DNA from: Eledone cirrhosa
Taxonomy: Eukaryota
DNA length: 64,000 nt
NCBI GenBank assembly: GCA_964016885.1
Contig: OZ024741.1
Coordinates: 349,308,001 to 349,372,000, forward strand
Direction: 5' to 3'
Shown: positions 57,610-64,000 of the stretch, in pieces
How the letters are laid out: every line of letters begins with the position of its first letter
Position numbering within the stretch: position 1 is the stretch's first letter
The notes under the pieces: generated by a model
The model's input: the letters and a program-made list of their open reading frames with translations, nothing else
What the model was told of the DNA's origin: nothing
Database searches by the model: none
Position numbers and translations under genes: made by a program

Positions 57610-57930
57610 TTGGTGTCCTCGTGCATGATGAAAAGCAAAATTGACAATGGCGTAATTTTAATCAGACATGCGGCCCCTTACAAGCACACCTGCGGCCCAC
57701 AGAAAGGTTTTTAAAGCACGAGCGTAATATAAAATAAAAAATATTAGTTGTAATGTGCGCAATTAGTTGTCATGTATGGCCCTTACGCAACACATATGTG
57801 ACCCATGTGACCCTCTGGGGATCCTCAGTTTGACATGCCTGTTTTATGGTATTCGTTCCATCCCTCTGCGTTCTGATTAAAATCACGCCATTGTCAATTT
57901 TGCTTTTCATCATGCACGAGGACACCAAAT
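57610..57930. mobile_element. Partial duplicate of the MITE-in-SINE composite at 60503-60845, with inverted flanks
   Basis: 57667-57910 matches ~60575-60800; 57610-57667 is inverted at 57872-57930. Confidence 0.8.
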
Positions 57931-58285
57931 TAAAAATCTATATTACAGTATGCATGCTCAGACACACATACACATATACATAAACACACACACACTTACA
58001 CCCACACACATATATGTATATATATATATATATATATTTATTAACATTCAGAAGATCCCGTTAAGGGTGAAAACAGCGATTCTTTGCTTAAACTTTAATC
58101 TGTTATTTTAATAAATATTTGCTCCAGGGTTCTTATATATTTGATATATATTTATCCTTATTGATCCCTCTTTGGATTTTAGTCTTCAAATTTATTATTA
58201 TTACTATCAATATATATATATAGTCCAGAAATAGCCGTCCAGAAATAGCTGTCGAAACGGCTTGAGCTCTGCCGTTGGGGTCATA

Positions 58286-58331
<46 letters not shown>

Positions 58332-58339
<8 letters not shown>

Positions 58340-58711
58340 TAAAATAACAGGAGGTTGGACTGGTGTAAATCCTCGAAAGGTTTATTATACTATGATCATT
58401 TCAATGACCGGGTTCAGTATGAATCCGGTGACATCATCAAGTATTCAAAATTTTGAATATTTTGAATACCAGATGATTTCACCGGATTCATACTGAACCC
58501 GGTCATTGAAATGATGATAGTATAATAAACCTTTCAAGGATTTACACCAGTCCAGCCTCCTCTTATTTTATAATAATTAACTCCGTACTCGCACCACCAA
58601 CAACACAAACGAAGACGGGTAAGTTGTATTACGTTGAGTGCTCTCCAGAATATTACATCGATATTGACCATACGGAATGACCAGTTCTATCCAGTGGTGA
58701 CCCAACATACC

Positions 58712-58712
<1 letters not shown>
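58332..58712. mobile_element. PLE-like palindrome with two decayed hammerheads and a tail
   Basis: Arms 58332-58450 and 58460-58577; cores TTGATGA (minus, 58387-58444) and CAGATGA (plus, 58466-58523); tail ACTCCGT...ACGTTGAGTGCT. Confidence 0.88.
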
Positions 58713-58756
<44 letters not shown>

Positions 58757-59217
58757 AAACAGAGAAGTGTGTTTTTAATTACATGGAGTGAAAACCACTA
58801 TGGTGCAATGCATATAATCTACGAAAAAACGCAAAATACATAATAACCGGAATAAGTGAATTAAAATGTACTAACCATTTCAATAACTCCTGGACAAACT
58901 ACAGAGAGAGTTTGTTTTGCCGAAAATTAGTGACTGTGACATAGTATTTCAGGGCTTCTCAACAGGAGTAAAATAGTATGAACACCACTTCTAGAGATAA
59001 TTCAGGTAACTAAATATCGCACGTGGTATAGTAAGAGAACGAGTGAAAACATGCTCGACAGACAGCATATATATATATATATATATGTGTGTGTATGTGT
59101 GTATGTGTGTGTGTGTGTTTATCTGTGTATGTGTGTACGTGTGAGGGTGTGTGTGAAGGTGTGTGTGAGTCTGTGTGTTCGTTTGTGAGTATGCATGTAT
59201 TAACAACTTAATTTATT

Positions 59218-59271
59218 CGTACATTACTTGTGGTTTCGTAGACGTAAAGACGTCTAACTGTTCAGATGACG
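59218..59271 (-). ncRNA. Degenerate hammerhead followed by AATAAA
   Basis: CGTCAT-CTGAACA-GTTAGACGT-CTTT-ACGTCTAC-GAAAC-CACAA-GTA-ATGTACG-AATAAA. Confidence 0.6.
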
Positions 59272-59649
59272 TTCGAAATTATTAGGATAATGTGGAGATG
59301 TTGGTGAAAATCATTTTATAACAAATAGAAAAAATAGCGGAGTAATCATATTTGGTAAAGTTTCCATCGTTAGTCTGCTCAATCAGGAGCGGCTTACAGT
59401 TAAACAACAAGTATAGCATTATAGCACCAACTGCAATATCATTTGCAGAAGAAGCTACACCAGCGGTAGCAGATCTAACAACAGTGACAACAACGAAGAT
59501 GACGAGTCAATGATGGTTGATTGAGTTGCTAGAAATAGCAGGTAATGTTCCCTACAATCACACCCTTCATTTTTGGATAGCGTGTAGCATGGATTTTCTG
59601 TATACGGGAAAAAAGATGGATAGAATGCCTTTGACCATAGGTCTGATAA

Positions 59650-60009
59650 TAATTGTTTCTACTTTTGGCACAAGGCCAGCAATTTCCCAGTGCATTACTG
59701 GTGCTTTATTTTATCGACCCCGTAAGGATGAAAGGCAAAGTTAACCTCGGAACGTAAAGGACCATGACTCTATGCTGCAAAGCATGTTGTTCGATGCTCT
59801 ACCGATTCTGCCAATCCACAACAATAATAATTGTTTCTACTTTTGACACAGGCCAGCAATTATCCCAGTGTATTACTGGTACTTTATTTTATCGACCCCG
59901 TAAGGATGAAAGGCAAAGTTAACCTCGGCGGGATTTGAACTCAGATCATAAAGGGAGGTAACTCTATGCTTCAAAGCATGGCGTCCGACCCTCTACCGAT
60001 ACTGCCAAT
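59650..60009 (-). mobile_element. Two tandem SINE family A copies
   Basis: Two cores, each preceded on the plus strand by (AAT)n-TGTTTCTAC. Confidence 0.9.
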
Positions 60010-60540
60010 AACAACAACAATTGCATCAATAAGATTAACTAGATGTGATGCAAATTAAGAAATATATGACTTGAGGGTGTGCTGTTACTAAAACGTATTG
60101 TGAACAACTCTGAACTTGTAGGTTTATTCTGGTAAGTAGTAGAATGACTGGCTAGCTGGGTTTATCTGTGTTTTCCTATGTGCTAATTAAAATATGATTA
60201 AGGATGTAGTGGTACCTCGGTGTGCCATCGTCGGTGGCTAAGAGAAAGAAATGGGGTTAGGACAGGATTGTCAAATACATAGCAGTCAGTCTTAATTGGA
60301 AGCGTATCAAATGTCAATGTTTTTAAGCCCCCGGCCTCTGCTTCACCTAAGAAGGTTTTTAAGACCTCGTGTTTAGCTCCGAATTTATCACATTAAGCAG
60401 ACAAAGAGCAAAATATCTCAGCTGATCGAACGACAGTATATCGCAGGCGACATTACCAGCTGATTAATGCTAAATAGAATGTGTAATGTAGAATTAAGTA
60501 TAGAGCGAATTGGCAGAACGTCGGATAGAATGCTTTATGG

Positions 60541-60729
60541 CAGGCATTGCAAACATGCAGTCCGCGGGTCGCAAGCGGCTCCTTACAAGCACACCTGCGG
60601 CCCACAGAAAGGTTTTTAAAGCACGAGCGCAATATAAAATAAAAAATATTAGTTGTAATGTGCGCAATTAATTGTCATGTATGGCTCTCGGGGGGGGGGG
60701 GGGGGGGGGGGCTCAGTTTGACATGCCTG
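60541..60729. mobile_element. hAT (Charlie-like) MITE inserted in a SINE (60503-60845)
   Basis: TIRs CAGGCATTGCAAAC / GTTTGACATGCCTG; 8-bp TSD CTTTATGG (60533-60540, 60730-60737). Confidence 0.9.
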
Positions 60730-61517
60730 CTTTATGGTATTCATTCCATCCCTCTGCGTTCTGATTAAAATCACGCCATTGTCAAATTTGCTTTTCATCC
60801 TTTCGAGGAAGATAAATAAAGTACCACTCTAGTACTGGGGTCGATACTTCCTCTATGCCTCTTTCGCACTTCCCCTCTATCGTTCTCCTCTTTGAGAGAA
60901 ATTGTTCTGTGTTCAGATGGGCTCCGCCAGGTTTAAAATGCCCACGAAGAGTCGTATGTTACTACGGTGATCCTACAGTTTTTTTCCATCTCCAAGGATT
61001 TCTTAATTCTTTGAATATTTTCTTAGTAAAAAACGTGCGTTGTAACTGTTAAATTTAAGTTATCCTAATTTGAAAAAATTCTTAACACGCTCAACGTTTC
61101 TAAAAATAGATTGATTACTTTATATATTTTGAGTGGTTATGAATTAGAAGACCATCGAAATATATTACGTCACATTGAGTTCTGTGTTAAACTTTGACGA
61201 AGTGATGTTTGCTTTTCATGCTTCGGGTTCCCATAGGATTCTAACTGCTCGAATTATATAGAGGCTGTCCTGACGCCACAAGGAAACCAAGTAAATTTTG
61301 AACCCACCTTACTATAAGATGTTGCAACAAACTTACCTTATCCTAAAGGATGGTCCAATAAGCCGACATAAGCACATTTAAGGATATTACACGTTTCATT
61401 TTCTGTAATTTAATTGCATTCTACATTTTGTTTTCTAAAATCATTCTAGACTTAGCAAATGCATACATCCTCCACCCCCTCTCTCTATCTATCTATTTAT
61501 CTCACTCTCTTTCTCCT

Positions 61518-61790
61518 TTGCAGCGGGTGTCGCTGGCCATTGTCCGCGGGAATGCTTTTTCGGTCCTGTCCGCGGGGGCACAATCTCATTACCGCCACGC
61601 CTTAGGCCTAGAGCCCAATCAACCTCACCCTTGCCCTCCTCATTCTTCTGTGACGCTAGAGCCCTTGTCTTTCCCTTCCCTTTCCTTTTTTTTTTAAATA
61701 TATTTTCTTATTTTACATTCCATTCGTTCTTCTCAATCAACATTTTTTTTTCTTTTTCTATTAAATTGTATTTACTAAATTTCTTAAATT
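61518..61790 (+). mobile_element. 3' tip of a CRE-like LINE
   Basis: LQRVSLAIVRGNAFSVL matches the C-terminus at ~45190-45245; followed by a T-rich 3' UTR. Confidence 0.7.
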
Positions 61791-61937
61791 TAGTTGTAGT
61801 GATTAGTTTAACTCTTTGCACTCTAAAATGGTCATATGTATATATATGTATGAATGAAACCACTTTCAAGAAACCACTGGTAAATGAAATAATTATCTTA
61901 TGTTATTACATAACTAAATATATATATATATATATAT

Positions 61938-62137
61938 AACAAAGGAATTGAGGTAAGGAACCAGATGGACCATAACGCACCAGAGGACTCAATACTTAGG
62001 GTAGTAGAGTGGGAAATAGGAAAAAGTATGACCCCGATGGCAGAGCTCAAGCTGTTTCAACGGCTATTTCTGGACTATTTCAGTCCAGAAATAGCCATCG
62101 AAACGGCTTGAGCTCTGCCGTCGGGGTCATACTTTTT

Positions 62138-62140
<3 letters not shown>
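61938..62140. mobile_element. GUC-family PLE-like cassette (tail on left)
   Basis: Palindrome 62017-62140 centred at ~62074; tail 61938-62016 is the reverse complement of the 29005-29083 type. Confidence 0.88.
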
Positions 62141-62178
<38 letters not shown>

Positions 62179-62438
62179 ATGTATGTATGTATCGCAAGTT
62201 CTTATGTTCAAATGAATCATTGACTTGATTTTCTCATTTTTTCCTCTCTTTACGTTACCTCACCATTCATGTTTGTTTACCTGTCTCTCTTTCCCCACCC
62301 AATTCTTTTGATCCCAATAACTTATTTTAGTTATTGTTCGCGCTAGCCTGAAGTATCTGGTCTTTAATGCGAAGAAATACCTATGATGGCTAGTAGATCA
62401 CTGATGATGGATAGTCCTATTTCTAATTATTCATCTTA

Positions 62439-62504
<66 letters not shown>

Positions 62505-62549
62505 GTGTATGTGTGTGTGTATTCATTTTATAACGGCTAAATACTGAGC

Positions 62550-62597
62550 CTTGTGACTCTGGAATTTCAACTGCTTTTCACAGGGTCATCAGACAAG
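62550..62597 (-). ncRNA. Type I hammerhead motif
   Basis: CTTGT-CTGATGA-CCCTGT-GAAAA-GCAG-TT-GAAA-TTCCAGAG-TC-ACAAG; GUC triplet; relative on the plus strand at ~31543-31585. Confidence 0.85.
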
Positions 62598-62939
62598 ATA
62601 TATATTTATATATATATATATACCATCATCATAGTTTAACGACTATTTTCCGCGTTTGAGGCAAGTCGGGTCAGATTAACATGTTTTGCTCATGCAGAAT
62701 TTCTTTTGGCTTGGTTTCTACGGTTTGATGTCCGTCCTATCGCCAACCACATTTACAGTGTGGGCTGGATGCGTTTTGTCGTGATACTAACATGACCACT
62801 TCACAGTGTGGAATGGGGACTGGAACAGGGGTGTAAAGGCATGGGTGAATGATGGTATGATCAGATGCAGGTAGGGTGTTAGGGCAAATATATATTTAAG
62901 TTAATAAATATATAAAGAAACAAATATATATATATATAT

Positions 62940-63087
62940 AACGAAGGAAATGTGGTAAGGAACTAGATGGACCATACCGCACCAATGTACTCAATACTTA
63001 GGGTAGTAGAGTGGGTAATAGGAACAAGTATGACCCCGACGGCAGAGCTCAAGCCGTCGTACTTGTCATACTGAGGTCATACTTGTT

Positions 63088-63090
<3 letters not shown>
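62940..63090. mobile_element. GUC-family PLE-like cassette (tail on left)
   Basis: Tail, stem I/III and a short inverted arm ending TTCCT-(AT)n. Confidence 0.85.
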
Positions 63091-63137
<47 letters not shown>

Positions 63138-63501
63138 CGCCTCTGTGTGTATGTGTGTGATGCGTACGGACTTATGTATGTACATATATATATATATAAA
63201 TTTATATATATATATATATATATATATGAATGTATATATATATAGGGAGAGAGAGATGAGAGAGAGGGAAAGGGGGGGAATGTAGATGGAGAGAGAGAGA
63301 GTTAGGGGGAGAGAAACCGAAAGAGACGGGGAAGAAACCGTGAGAAAAAGATGAATGAGAAAGTTTTCTTAAAAAAATAAGTAAGGTACCAGCGAGATAA
63401 AAGTGAGATAGTGAGATGGAAAAGAAAAAAAACGTAATAGATAGAGATAGGAATTGATATACAGCTAGATAGGTAAATGGGTAAGTTGGTAGTGAGTGAC
63501 A

Positions 63502-63543
<42 letters not shown>

Positions 63544-63545
63544 GT

Positions 63546-63582
<37 letters not shown>

Positions 63583-63687
63583 TGGGAGATAAAGAGAGTT
63601 AAGGGGGAGAGCATGTCATACGGCAATTGATATAGATGTAAATAGATAGTCAGACAGATAGATAGATGGATAGATAGATAAATAGAT

Positions 63688-63952
63688 AAATTTCTTTATT
63701 AGCCACAAGGGCACAAAAGAAGGGGACAAAAAATACAAATGGGGAGTTTACATACAGGTATATGAAAATAAAACTATTAATAAAATAACAAATAACAATT
63801 GAAATCCTCAATAGGGGGGAGGCGTTACACAGGGGTTGTACACACCCCGAAAAATGTACAACCCTCATCTCCAGGAGCACCAAGAGTGAGTACCCCCTTC
63901 CTCTCTTTCTCTTTTTCCTCAACCTACAGGCTTATATAGAGAGAAGGCCCAT
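63688..63952 (-). mobile_element. Probable LINE 3' UTR (Tx1-like?) embedded in (GATA)n
   Basis: Minus strand ends GCCCTTGTGGCTAATAAAGAAAT and runs into (CTAT)n; (GATA)n on both sides; no coding motif, so the clade is a guess. Confidence 0.5.

Positions 63953-64000
<48 letters not shown>

Noticed and set aside
48353-58577. Palindromes as pure assembly or amplification artefacts
   Set aside because: Arms show graded divergence, one carries a private SINE, and the tail asymmetry is consistent across families; long-read confirmation is still advisable for the two near-perfect ones
62343-62425. CTGAAGT and CTGATGA motifs near 62350 and 62401
   Set aside because: I could not assemble consistent stems with a GAAA...TH half

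Overview
AT-rich, microsatellite-saturated eukaryotic non-coding DNA. It is most likely from an octopod cephalopod, inferred from the SINE families and (TA)n/(CA)n density, not proven. No host protein-coding exon is supportable, and nearly all ORFs in the track are translations of simple repeats. The window is a mosaic of retroelements. It holds a 5'-truncated R4/Dong-type RLE LINE with about 585 uninterrupted codons (6235-8069) and two further 3' fragments stacked in an (ATAC)n array, plus decayed RTE, RTE-X, CR1-like, CRE-like and Tx1-like LINEs. There are also more than 20 copies of one tRNA-derived SINE and three hAT MITEs with clean 8-bp TSDs. The most striking signal is a large set of short, mostly unrelated cassettes sitting inside (TA)n runs. 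They carry minimal type I hammerhead ribozyme motifs (CTGANGA...GAAA...TH), and about 20 such motifs are readable by eye. Many form fold-back palindromes, and several share a conserved ACTC...GAGTRCT hairpin in a one-sided 3' tail next to a fixed arm breakpoint. These look like non-autonomous Penelope-like/retrozyme-like elements, and a decayed GIY-YIG endonuclease remnant lies at about 51750-52000. Boundaries of degenerate elements are approximate.
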